Positions 1 through 11,381 of a DNA stretch of 64,000 bases are shown piece after piece. The DNA is taken from assembly GCF_009834535.1 (NCBI RefSeq), contig NC_045697.1, positions 24,554,001-24,618,000 on the forward strand, written 5' to 3'. The DNA comes from Camelus ferus. Lineage: Eukaryota. Position 1 is the first letter of the stretch, and the number at the start of each line of letters is the position of its first letter. A program made the translations under genes and the position numbers. The notes beneath the pieces were generated by a model that ran no database searches, was not told where the DNA came from, and saw only the letters and a list, made by a program, of their open reading frames with translations.

Positions 1-184
1 CTTAGACTGCCCATTTCTAATCTCTATCTTTGGAAGAATTCATCTTATGTTAGAAGAACCAGAGGAATTGTGCATACATTGCATAACACGTTTATCTTTA
101 TCATACACAGTGTATCTGTGTGTGTATCGTGGGGGGGGGGTGTCTATATCTGTGTGTAGTTTGTTTGCTTTTTACTTTTTGGCC

Positions 185-342
185 TACTAGAGTAAAATTT
201 CTTTAAATATAGTCACACTTAAAGTAAGTCAAAGGTCCTTATTTTAATTTATTTTAAGTTTTTTGTTCACAGTTCCTAGCATAGTTTCAGGCACATTACA
301 GGTGCTCAAAAATGCCAGCTTTAATTAGTGAGCAAACGAATA
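185..342 (+). mobile_element. L2 3' end
   Basis: CCTAGCATAGTTTCAGGCACATTACAGGTGCTCAAAAATG...GAATAA. Confidence 0.6.
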
Positions 343-1689
343 ACTTTCTATGATGTTGATATTTGGTATTGTGAAGTCAAAATACTATTCAAAATATTGC
401 CACCAGAAAAGACTATTGTGTTTGCATCTAGCCGTTATTTCTAATGACAGTTCTGATTTGATATTTTAAATGATCTGACCTGTGACAATTAAGAAAATAT
501 TTCAAAACTGCATTTTCTGAGTTGATGTTTTAAGCTTGACTTTAACCATGAAAAAGTAGGAAATATTTAAATAAATTTTTTTTCTTAATAGATTCCTAGT
601 CTCTTTTTCATAACATTACATTTTTGGCAGCTGATACTTATGGAATAAAAATGATGTGAATCTAATAATAAAATGCACACTAGCCAACTCTATTTCCTGC
701 AGAATACTCTATAAAGTAAATTATAATAAACCAAAATCTTCTAGACAGTAATGATGGATAATTCCAATCTATCTTATTTCATGAATAAAAATATACCTAT
801 CATAAATCCTTTCTTTTTAACGTAAATGACTACTGTTAAATTTCTGATGGTGCTACCTCCCACAAATTATCACCTGAGAATCCTTAAAAAGAAGTTGAAA
901 TATATTATAGATGATTTCATTCTTAGCATTCATATTGATCCATACACTGTATCTGACTTATTGAAATCATTTGTCTTTCTAAAACATATTTTATTCAATG
1001 ATTGTGATACTTCATATTAATTCATCATCGTGCTTCAGATGCCAGCTACATTTAAATATAAAAGACCTGTATTTATCCCTAAGCAATAAACATCTATTGG
1101 TCTCACTAGTATAGAAAATATGTGCACAAAATATAAAGAGCAAGAAAAACTTACTTTAACTGACACAGAATTCAATAATTCTCTTCTTTTCCTTTATTTT
1201 CTCTCTGCTTTACCATTTTATATTCTATACCCTTAACTTTCTGGTCATTTACATCACTTTCTCTGCTGTCATTAGTAGAGGTGTGTAAGATAGAAGAAAG
1301 GGTTAGGAAGCTATTTTTTTTTCAGTATTTAATATATAAAAGGCCATTTACACACATTGTTCCATTTATAAGATGAATGTTATTTCCCTCACTTTTTTCA
1401 GATGAGGAAATGGCGACACCATAACATGTACCTAATACTAAGTGTACTAACTGATAGATGGTATAGTAAAGCCATTTTTAAAGGCTGACTTAAGTCAGAG
1501 ATGTCTTCAGGAAAGAAGCAAAGGCATGGAAAAGATATGACATGTTAGAATTTGAGTTAGGAAATACCTAATGGAGAATTTGTTTAAGGGAAAAGGTTTG
1601 AATATATTTGGAATCAAAAAAAAGATTTCATAAAGAACTATGAAGTTCTCAAAGAAGAAATACTTATGTCTGAGAACCAATCAAGAGTG

Positions 1690-2585
1690 TCACTGAATTA
1701 TAAGCTCTAGCTGCCACCTGGTCACTATAACTGCTTTCTGTACAGAGCCCAGCAAGCATGAAGAAGAGTTACTGTGGCAGAAGTGGCCTGTAAACAGGAG
1801 GAGGTAAGTACTGCTGTTATCTGATGGAGGGCAGGAAGTACAGGCTAACACACAGGTAATCCTCTAGGGTTCCTTTTGGCACTCCCTTACCTGATTATGA
1901 TGGTAAATGTTTAAGTGAAGCAACCTCAAGAATATAGTGACAAGGGGCTCAGACACCTTGAGGATGATTTCAGTGTTATCCCCACAGGGAAGCAAGGACT
2001 GAAAGAGGTGTCAGCACATGGTGAGGGGAATCTAGAATGGATAGTGGAGGAAGGAGACGAGAAATGTAAATTGCAGTCCAGAGCTCAGCTGTGCTGTTGG
2101 GACCTGTAGCTTACCCTACTACCCTTCCTTTTCTAAGTTTCTTCCAGAAAGAAAGACTTAACAGAATCATGCAGGAGTTGCTCCCTGAACAAAGAAGTGG
2201 ATCTGAGTGGCACAAAATATCGATGGGCCAGGATATTCCTGCTCAATGATGATGTGGTTGCTTCAATTGCTGTTTGTGCTGCACAGACAGCTTCACTCTT
2301 AGCCTCTTCAGGGATGCTCCAGCATAAACATCGGGCTCTCTCACAGTGACATCTTTTTGGGTTGACCAGTAGGTGGAAACAGGAATACAACATATCTGGA
2401 CATTTTAGCTTAGTGTGGGGCTACACGGATGTGCTGTTTAACGTCTATTGCCTGAGACTTTTCATCTGCTTCTCTTTCTGCCCACTTTTGTTTCTCCTCT
2501 TCCTTCCATTGTCTACTCTAGTAAACTTCCTGCCCACTACACTTAGTATAAGTCTCCTTTCTTGAAAACCCAAGCTGCTACCACA
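1690..2585 (+). mobile_element. Ancient ERVL internal 3' end plus an LTR16-like LTR
   Basis: GGTGAGGGGAATCTAGAATGGATAGTGGAGGAAGGAGA is typical of the ERVL internal 3' end. The LTR-like end is AGTAAACTTCCTGCCCACTA...GAAAACCCAAGCTG. The same architecture is at 44700-45370. Confidence 0.65.
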
Positions 2586-3954
2586 ACTGCTGTCATATAA
2601 GCCATGTAAGTTATCAGAAGTATGACCATTCCACAAAATGACCACACTATAGAAAGCATTATTTACCTTTTCTCACAAATGTCATTATCCTGTATAATAC
2701 TTCTAAACTACAGTTTTCTTGAAGTCATTCTTCACTTAGGACTTGGAAGCAAACATCCCTCTAATTATTGCTTCTCAACATTGCTTATAAGACACAACTA
2801 GCCAGGTAAGTTGCTACTTTTACTGCTTATCTGCCATCGACCAACAGATAAACCGTAGATGAGTTAACTAATCTCTCTGGATTCAGTGTTGTTATCCACA
2901 AAGTAATGAACAAAATATATAAAGTTAAATCCAGAGAACCTTTGTTCTATCAGTACACACTGCAATACTATACCAAAATCAATCTTAACAGAAGATCTAT
3001 AAGACTGACAAAGTAATTTCAATGCAAATCTGTGATTTGGATGAGGCACTAGGATAGATAGGTTGGATGTCTTAGTTTTGAAATGAGGTTTTTCAAGATC
3101 AGAAATTTGTCTTCAATATTCTCAAATAATGAGGCAATTCAGTCACCTACAGTGTTGGATAAAACAGAGGCACTGAAATTAGCCATATTTATATGTATTT
3201 GTAAAACCAAATGAAATCTTTGTTTTATTCTTACTAAGATATTCTTTCTTTGTTCAACTTAGTTTGAGAAACCTCTATTTTTTTTTTATTGCAGTCAGCA
3301 AAGAGCGATTGCACCCTTCTAAAAATTAAATGAGGTAGAGATTATTTAAAGATCTTTTATGGGAAGTTTAGAAGCTTAAGATACTGTGTGTGCCCTGAAG
3401 AAATTTCATCATTAGGTGCTTTGAAAGCCCTGATTTGTGTTTCGCTGTCTTGATATGTCTTTAGTTCTTTTAATCAATGAACACAACTGCTCCACACAGC
3501 CCCTAAGGCAGGAGTTGCCATAAACAGTCAGTTTTCAGCGTAAGAAAAAAGCAAACTGAAAGGGTGTTCCAGAATATGTTTGCTAGTGTCTCTGACAGAA
3601 GTTTTCAGTCACCCTACGGCCACCACACATTCTGAATGGCAAATGCATCTTTCACTAGAATCAGTGCCCTCTGTATTCTCTGGTAATTACATTTTGGTGT
3701 CAATTTAAAAAAGTAAATGATGGAAGAATTTAAAAATTTGTTGATTGGTTAGGCAAGTATGATCACAAAATTTCTAATCAAAGAGAGGCCTTTAAACATT
3801 ATTCCCAGTTTGTGTAGATCTCTATCTGGTCTTAAGAATAAATTTCAAGTTCTTTCACTTATCAAATGGCACCTAGTAAGGCTAGAGGAAGAGCTTAGTG
3901 TAGAAAGCATAACCATAGACTGGAGAGTAATCCTCTATGCAGCAGTGAATGTTT

Positions 3955-4160
3955 GGCATGATAGTACCTAACTTAAGAATATAGCCTTTTTAATTAGGCA
4001 GCTCTGGGTCATGTCTGAGTTCTACCATTCACTAATTATGTCAATTCATTAAAGACTGAATTTTGCTAACTTCAGTTATCTCTTTAATAAAATGGGGATA
4101 TTAGCAGTATTTACCTCCCATGGTTGTTTAAAGTATAAAAAGAAAGTGCACACGAAGGAG
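3955..4160 (+). mobile_element. MIR SINE
   Basis: Core CTTCAGTTATCTCTTTAATAAAATGGGGATATTAGCAGTATTTACCTCCCATGGTTGT. Confidence 0.7.
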
Positions 4161-4299
4161 TTGGTCAGTTTACATGTGATACAGTTTAGCACTCCTCCTC
4201 CTCCTCCTCTTCTTCCTCGGCACTAGGATTTTATAATGGAACTAGGGATCTGAAAATCTGGCAACTTTAAAAAAATCTCCCCAGACCTTTGTTCTTATC

Positions 4300-4558
4300 C
4301 CAAAGTATCACCCTCTAAAGACATTTTCTTATAATACCAATCTAAATTAGTCCTAACAAGCAATTCTGTCTTTTTACCCTATTTTATTTTTTCTAGCATT
4401 GAAAATCATTATCTTGTTTACTTATCTACTTACTATTTCATAATTAATTTTCAATCCCAGTGTCTGCCTGTGAGAGGTGAGACTTTGCCTTGTCACACTC
4501 TATATATCCAGGCACCTAGGAGGCACTTGGTAAATATTCCTTAAATGAAGGAATGAAA
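4300..4558 (+). mobile_element. L2 3' end
   Basis: ATCCAGGCACCTAGGAGGCACTTGGTAAATATT...ATGAAGGAATGAA. Confidence 0.55.
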
Positions 4559-4574
4559 GCTCTTCCTCTTCTTG

Positions 4575-5102
4575 ATTCTTCACCAGGAGAGTCAACTGTT
4601 TATTATGAAAAGAGACCACTGGGAAGATCTATTGATGACACATAATTTAGACTTAGTGCAGCAAAGGAGAACGACAGCTTGACAAAGGTCTTAGTGTCTA
4701 AAAACAGAAAACTGGGAAAACTGGGGTATGGCATAGTTGCATTTTAAAGGCTTGAGCTGAGTGATGTTGAGGTGAGACTTCCAGGGTTGGGAAGTAGCTG
4801 GATGACTGTTATAATGTAATGGTTTTGGGACTTATGGGCGCAGCAAGATGAAGGACATGAACTGAGTCATGATACTGCTTAGTTGTTTTGGTGTCTTATT
4901 GTCTAGGAACTGGTATTTCCTGAGGTAAGCATTTGAGTTATTTTTGCCTTTTCTTAGTATTGCTAAGCAAAGAACAGGAAATTATGCTTCATTCATGATT
5001 GTTTAACACAGACCAGGAAGTATTACTGGACCCATTATTGTTTAACACGGGGACAGGGAATTATTTGGTTTCAGTTATTAAAGCTTTATTTTGCTTCTGA
5101 CA
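4575..5102 (-). mobile_element. Possible old ERV1-type solo LTR
   Basis: The minus strand starts TGTCAGAAG, has an internal repeated ATTGTTTAACAC, and has AATAAA at 4599-4604. No TSD found. Confidence 0.35.
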
Positions 5103-5559
5103 CATGGATTATCTTCTTATTTTTGCACTATCATTGTTTTTGTATATTACAGCTTGATTCAATTTTGATTTAAGTTTTCATTGGTGTTTTTGCATTACAT
5201 TATACAAGAGTTCCTCTTGTAGTTTTTTCTATGTCCTTTATAGAATAAACTTATATTGTTCCCACACATTCAGTGCATGTCCAAATTCAGGCAAAGGCTT
5301 CCTTGAAATTTTTAAGCTTCCCTTACTATCTAGATATACCACACATTGTCACCTCTTCACATGTAATCTGTTTAAAGTTGATTCCTAAATATTACATTTT
5401 TATTATGAACTTTCTCCTAAGTTTCAATCCACTCATATATAAACTAGGTCACATGTATAAGATATTATTCTGTCTTTACATCCTTGTCTATATATTTTAA
5501 TATTGACCAGTGGGCCTCCTCTCATATTTTTTTAAAAGTTCCATTACCAATTCTATTAT

Positions 5560-6380
5560 TTAGATGGGCTTGATGCTTTGGAAATAAATTTAATTTTTTT
5601 CAATCACTGACTCCTCATTCCTATCCTATTATGATTTTTGGTTGGTATTAGTAACAATAGTTGCAGTGTCTCCCATAATAACCTTTCTGTTTCATTCCAC
5701 AGCCAAGAATATAGTTTAGTCTCGTCAATTGATGCATGACTTTTTTTTTTTATAAACAGGCATTTTATGGTTTTTTAATGACTTTCTCTTTAACTCCACA
5801 TTCACATGGTAGCCAGATTAAATTTCCTAAAAATCTGCTTGACCTGTTATTTAAAAATTTTCAGTGGCATGGAATTTCCAAAAATTTAACACTTTTATAA
5901 CACCACTGTAGCTTAATATTTATTATTATTTACAATGAGTCCCTGGCTAATCTTAGTGAGATTTTAGGTAAAATTTTTTTCTACAGTTTTTCTATATCAC
6001 TGAACTAGCCATGCTGGATCACTTCTCTGTTTTGAATATGTCCTGCATTTTCTCCATTCCTGATCACATATTCTTCTTGCTTGAAATACCCTTTCTCTCA
6101 GTCCTGTTCATCTTTGAATTCCCATTTCAAATTCCTCTTCCACTAAATGTTCCAAAGTAGTCTAATCCATAGGGCTCGGTAAGTCTTAGAAGGTAATGGA
6201 CTCTGACAATGTTCATTAGTAATGCAGAATATATTGCCTTGACATTGGCTGTCAATTCACTGGTTTTATTTGTGTTTGGTTTGTCTCCCTATATTAGATA
6301 TACAAAATCTCAAGATTAGAGAGTTTTTTATACACACTTTTAGGCACTTTGAAGACTTTACTTTGCACATTATAGTTTAA
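5560..6380 (+). mobile_element. Decayed L2 fragment
   Basis: Pyrimidine-rich with L2 3'-region landmarks (CACATGGTAGCCAGA, CTAGCCATGCTGGA, TTGTCTCCCT). Confidence 0.45.
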
Positions 6381-7199
6381 AACCAGCATCTTGGTTGTTG
6401 AGAGTCATCATTTTAGAGATTTGACATTCAGAAAGGCCTAGGCGTGGTTCCTAGAAAGCTCTCTGAAAAGCTAGGGCTGCAAGGTAGAAATGCAGAGTGA
6501 TTTGGTTCACTGGGAGTTAACAAGCAGGTGAAAGAATAAACAAGCTAGAGCATCTGAGAATTGTTCTGAGATGAAAAGTACCTGCAGGCCCTTCAGGCAG
6601 CACTGAAAATATCCTTATTTAATAGGCTATAGTACTGCTCAGCTTTTTCTGCCATAATGTATTGTCTTTGTTTCTATCCTATTAAATGTGCCAAATATAT
6701 TGAAGTCAATTTGTTTCTAGTCTCTCCATAAAAAAAACAAAAAAGTTTATCATCTTCTAGGACTCTTCAAAGTTATAAAAGACAACAAAACTACATTTTC
6801 AAATATTTTGCACACAAAACTGTTTGCAAAGTAAAGCTCAGAATATTTCCATTAGTAACCCAGTTTCCTTTAGGGAAGATATAAATATGTTTATTATTTT
6901 ATTGCCTCAGTTGTTGCTCTTTGAATAAATGCAGTTTAAAAGTAGAAAGTAGCACATAGTAAGTCTTCAAGGAGCCCATATGTATTGAATTTAAAGGTAC
7001 AGGGTAGTCAAATTCAGTTTTTTCTCTTCTGTATTTTTAATATCTTACTTACTGAATAGAATATTTTTTCCCCCAAGTATCTACTTGATTCTGCCTCTAG
7101 AAAATGAAGCAGTTAAGGAATTTCTGGAAGATGCTAACTTCATTTCTATGTACTTACTAAAATGACATTTCCCATTCATCCATTAATTATTTTTGAAGA

Positions 7200-7460
7200 A
7201 ATATTTCCCAAGTGTTCTGAGGAATCCTAGTCGCATCAGATCATAAGATGAAGTTTAAGAAAAAAAAGTCTGGGCTCAAGTACACTGGGGAAAACTGTCT
7301 GTTTAACATTAAGCTGCAGATTCACGGTGTACATTTCAATTTTAAAGGTTCTGAGGAGTCCTGCAGAAAATACACTCATTTACTTTATATTTCACTTAGA
7401 GTTTTCCTAGTATTTTTCGTAGTGTTCTTTGAAGCAGTACTTTTCAAAATATCTCTGTTA
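7200..7460. mobile_element. hAT-Charlie MITE (MER112/113-like)
   Basis: TTTCCCAAGTGTTCTGAGGAATCCTAG...TAAAGGTTCTGAGGAGTCCTGCAG. Confidence 0.5.
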
Positions 7461-7723
7461 AACCATCATGGTATAATACTATAATACTTTTATAGAATAC
7501 TGTAAATATGTCATTGTAAACATTACATAAAAAGATAAGCGCTCCGGTGTTCATTTTTAGCTTCAACAGAGAGACCACTTCCACATTTCTAGAAAACTCA
7601 AAATACTTACACCCAGTTTCTTTGTGGATTAAGCCTGGTTCACATCTAATCATAGTTTGATTAGCATAGCTATAGTATACATTGATTGCCAAGGTTCTAG
7701 AAATTTCATTAGGTTAGGTATAG

Positions 7724-8188
7724 TGTGAAGGAAAAGCTGGGCTGGTCTAACAAGATAACTCACAAGTTTAGGAATGTGAAGGAGAAGCTGGGCTGGGCTA
7801 ATAAGATAACTCATATATCTAAGTATCAGAATACTGATCTGAGTTCTGCTGGACTAACTTGTAAATCCAAGTTAATTAGTGTTGGTTTGCTGTTCATGTT
7901 TTTTGCTAGCCAGCTGGATTTTCAAAGATATATATCTGGCTTTGGAATGTTGCTTTGCTGCCTCCCTGCCTCCACTTTTGTGATAATGATGCTGCTAAAG
8001 CTGTTCCATGCCTATTGGCTGAATACCCCCAAGCTTGTGCTTTACCCTATAAAATCTCATGCGCACGTCTTGAAGGTGCTCAGAGCTTTGGAGCAGAAGC
8101 CCCTCTGAGCCCGCCGGTGTAATACATCTGAGTACTCCAACCCTCCGAGTGGTGCTTGTTTCTTCACTGGCCTGTCATTTCCATAACA
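7724..8188 (+). mobile_element. Solo ERV LTR (ERV1/gamma-like, 4-bp TSD), 465 bp
   Basis: TG...CA termini. TSD ATAG at 7720-7723 and 8189-8192. TATAAAA at 8048-8054 and a poly(A)-signal variant AATACA at 8121-8126. The 5' end is duplicated with a 51-bp period. Confidence 0.88.
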
Positions 8189-8823
8189 ATAGAATAACTG
8201 ATAAGAACATAACTGGTGAAGTTAATAACTTTAAATGTTTTCAGTAAAGTCCACTCACTTAGGATATATCATACTCATTATTTTCCATATTAAGAGGAAA
8301 ACAACCCATGGTCTATCTAGTTTACTGCCCCTTCTCCAGTCTACTTTCCTTTAGATTGGTTTTTCCCACATATAAATTTATTTGTGTAAAGTAATATTTT
8401 GTTGTTATTGTTGTTCCTGCTACAATGTATAGATTGACTTTTTGTGCATTGCAGTTTATTAATCTTCTTTTGGTCTAATTCATTATTGGAAGATAATTGG
8501 CTTTGGCATAAAGGATTAAGACTCTGACAGGAGAGGGTGGAGGATTAGGGATCAGCTAAGGAGAAGGATAGAACAGTGACTGTAATAATAATGTCTTGAG
8601 TATCTTCTTCAAGTAATTCAGATGTTCACTTAATGATTCATCACATATTGACTCTGTTAAAAGATCATGATACTGAAAGCCAAACACTGAGCTCCTTTAA
8701 TGTCAGAATCCTCAGTGTCTTGAGTGAGTTTGATTTGGATGTAAGAATTATCTACTTCCAGCAGCCAGTCCTTAGCCTTGGCCAGTTCCCTTGCCAAGAA
8801 CCAGTGGAGTTCGGTGGTCTGTT

Positions 8824-8887
8824 TCAGTGGTTTCTAAATTCTGGATTGCAGCATGTGAATTGGCTGACTTTTGAGGGTAGATTTGAA

Positions 8888-8921
<34 letters not shown>

Positions 8922-9065
8922 GATAGATAGATAGGAATATAGCTATGTATCCATACATTACCCCTCACTACATCATACTAGCTTAGGGATCTGAGGTAGA
9001 GCCAAGTTTGTGCCACTGCTAATCCTCAATCCCATTCTGATGTGCAGCCAGTTTGGGAAACTAAT
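8824..9065. mobile_element. MER5-like MITE interrupted by a (GATA)n tract
   Basis: CAGTGGTTTCTAAA...ATTCTGATGTGCAGCCAGTTTGGGAAAC, imperfect terminal inverted repeats. Confidence 0.5.
8888..8934. repeat. (GATA)n tetranucleotide microsatellite
   Basis: Direct inspection; one GAT interruption. Confidence 0.97.
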
Positions 9066-9571
9066 TCACCGTGGCATAAACTTTTGGAGAAGTATGATTT
9101 TGTGATACACGGCACCTTCTTCAGTCTAGCTCCCCTACTTTCTCAGAGGGTTTGGGGGAGTGAGAAATCTTGGGGAAGCCCAGATCTAGGGAAGTAGTGG
9201 CATTTTAGCCATTACAATTTTAAATGCTTCTGTCAGTATGTAAATAACTTTCAGGGTTTGGGCAACCACATGTGTGAGTGTGGTCCATAAAGTCCTCCCA
9301 AAGAACATAGGGATTTTAATAGCAGCTACTATGATTTAAACATAAAAATTAATGCAAGGATGAGTGCCAATGAATGATGCTTGTGCTTGTAACTTTCAGA
9401 TCTTCTAGCTCCACATTTGTCTATCTCTGTTTAATCTACTACCTCTAGACTGCTTGTAATTAATCTATTTATTTTGTGTTTAATCTTTGCTTTCTTAGCT
9501 ATGTCTTCCTCTGGTTTGTTGAGTTATCGGTGTCTTTCCTAATCTAAACTGACTTCTGGAGCCAGTCACTA

Positions 9572-10223
9572 TGCAGACACTGGGCTAGCCTCCACCACGA
9601 ACTGCCTTCTGGCCTGCTGACATCTAGCATGCCCTCAGAGTGGCTATCAATCTATTGTAGCTTACCTAAAGGTGCACCTATTTATATAGCAATAAGGGAT
9701 TCTGGGAAAAAAAAAAAAAAAAAAAAAAGGACACTTTCTTACTACCTAGACTCACCAGAAGTCCTTAAGATTCCCCTCAGCTTGACTAAACTTCTAGAGA
9801 AACTTCTTTTTGCATCAAGGCCTCTGACCTCCCTTTTCTTAGAACGTTTACCTTAGAAAACTTGTAACTGAAAAGTTCTTCTCTGTCCCTGTGAGAATTA
9901 AAACTTTTAAAAAGCCTCTGGGCAGTTTTACAACCCAGGACTGTCTTTCTCAAGGACCCGAGCCTTTAAAATGTAATCAAGGAAGATGGCACCCTACCAG
10001 TTTCTGTGGGAGGGGAGAGGCTTAACTTTACTGGGTGCCTTGGTCCAAGTTGTAAAAGGACTTCAAATCATAAAGCTACAGAACAATTTACTTTTTCTTT
10101 GGGTAAGGCTAATTAGCAAACACAAGTGGCCTATGATCGCCTGTCTCCACCAATACAATAGTCTTGAATAAAGTCTTTCTTGCTTGTTTTAACTTTATCT
10201 CGCACACTTTTTGCTTTGATACA
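9572..10223 (+). mobile_element. Solo ERV1 LTR (MER4-group, MER67-like)
   Basis: TG...CA termini with TSD ACTA (9568-9571 and 10224-10227). AATAAA at 10167-10172. The core CTGACCTCCCTTTTCTTAGA...TGTCTTTCTCAAGGACC...AAATGTAATC resembles recalled MER4-group LTRs. Internal A-run at 9707-9728. The 5' boundary is less certain. Confidence 0.72.
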
Positions 10224-10769
10224 ACTAATTTTTTGTATGTTAGTCTAAATATAGAGACTGCTAAGATATTCTACTACTAATTCCAAAATTATGAAATAAT
10301 CTGAAAATATTATTTTCTTTAAAATCCTTGTTTATTTTATACTGCTGATACATTATTTTGTATCTGATAATATCAGACCACTTTGCACCACTTAAACAAA
10401 TGTAAACATAGCCCGCATAATCATTTATATCCAACTATAGAATATTATTTTAAATTCTAAACCAGTCTTATTTATACACCTGATGAAATAGAATAACATT
10501 TGTTTGCCAATTAAATAATATTTTAGATTTTTTCTAAGCACTTTTTCTCCCTTTTAAATGCTCCAATGTCCTGAATTTTTCCATCTCGTATTTGTTCTAT
10601 TACGTCACATTAGTTTTTAACCACACAATTCATCTGAAATAATGGCCATCATTATTCCCTTATATGCTATAATTTTATAATAATATGTGGTTATTTCAAT
10701 TTCTAATGGTTCTGACTGAATTTTTAAAGACTTATCTCTGAGTGTTCTTTTAGTATTTTAGCTTGATTT

Positions 10770-11381
10770 TGCTAGGCAGTTAGATAGAAATGAGCACCAG
10801 GCAAGGGGAGAGGAAGGGGCAGGGAGCAACCGAGAACGCAGCACGCAGTATGCCTGTGCTCAGGATAGGGGCCCGCCAAAATTTTACTTTGTCTAAATGA
10901 AGGCCAGCAAAGCTGACTAGAATCGATTGCTGCAGCTGCACAGTAGAGAGAAATGCCCGGCTTAACTTGACCCAATGCTCACTATAATATAATTAACATT
11001 ACAGTTTGAGCCCCCACCAGTAGATTTCTCTGTGTGCATCATGGGTAAAAACATGCATAAAAGAGATGGGCATGCCTGAGCACAAGGAACATGAGCTGTC
11101 AGTCATCCTGAGCTCTCAAAGAACGGAAGCCATCAATAATCAATCAGGAGAACGTCCCCTAAGCCAGGATATAAGAACAGGAAAAACAAAGGAGCCATGC
11201 CGTTTTCCTTTTCTTGAATTGGCCCAATACCAATTCCTGGGGGTGTACTATATTTTACTACCTTTTTACTTCACTAATAAAAGCTGCTGTTTATATTACA
11301 TTGTCTGTCTCCTGTTAGAAATTCATATTTTTGGGGTGACTAAGAACCGAGGTAACTTTTATTCCCTTCTTCCCTGTAACA
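10770..11381 (+). mobile_element. Solo ERV1-type LTR, 612 bp
   Basis: TGCTAGG...GTAACA termini. TSD ATTT/GTTT (10766-10769 and 11382-11385, one mismatch). TATAAG at 11170 and AATAAA at 11276-11281. GC-richer than the flanks. Confidence 0.85.

Noticed and set aside
7444..7692. Minus-strand ORF with a donor-like GT|GTAAGT
   Set aside because: No pyrimidine-rich acceptor and no recognisable protein similarity.
7725..8108. 127-aa ORF with a repeated KEKLGW..KITH motif
   Set aside because: It lies entirely in a solo LTR, and the peptide repeat reflects the 51-bp DNA duplication.
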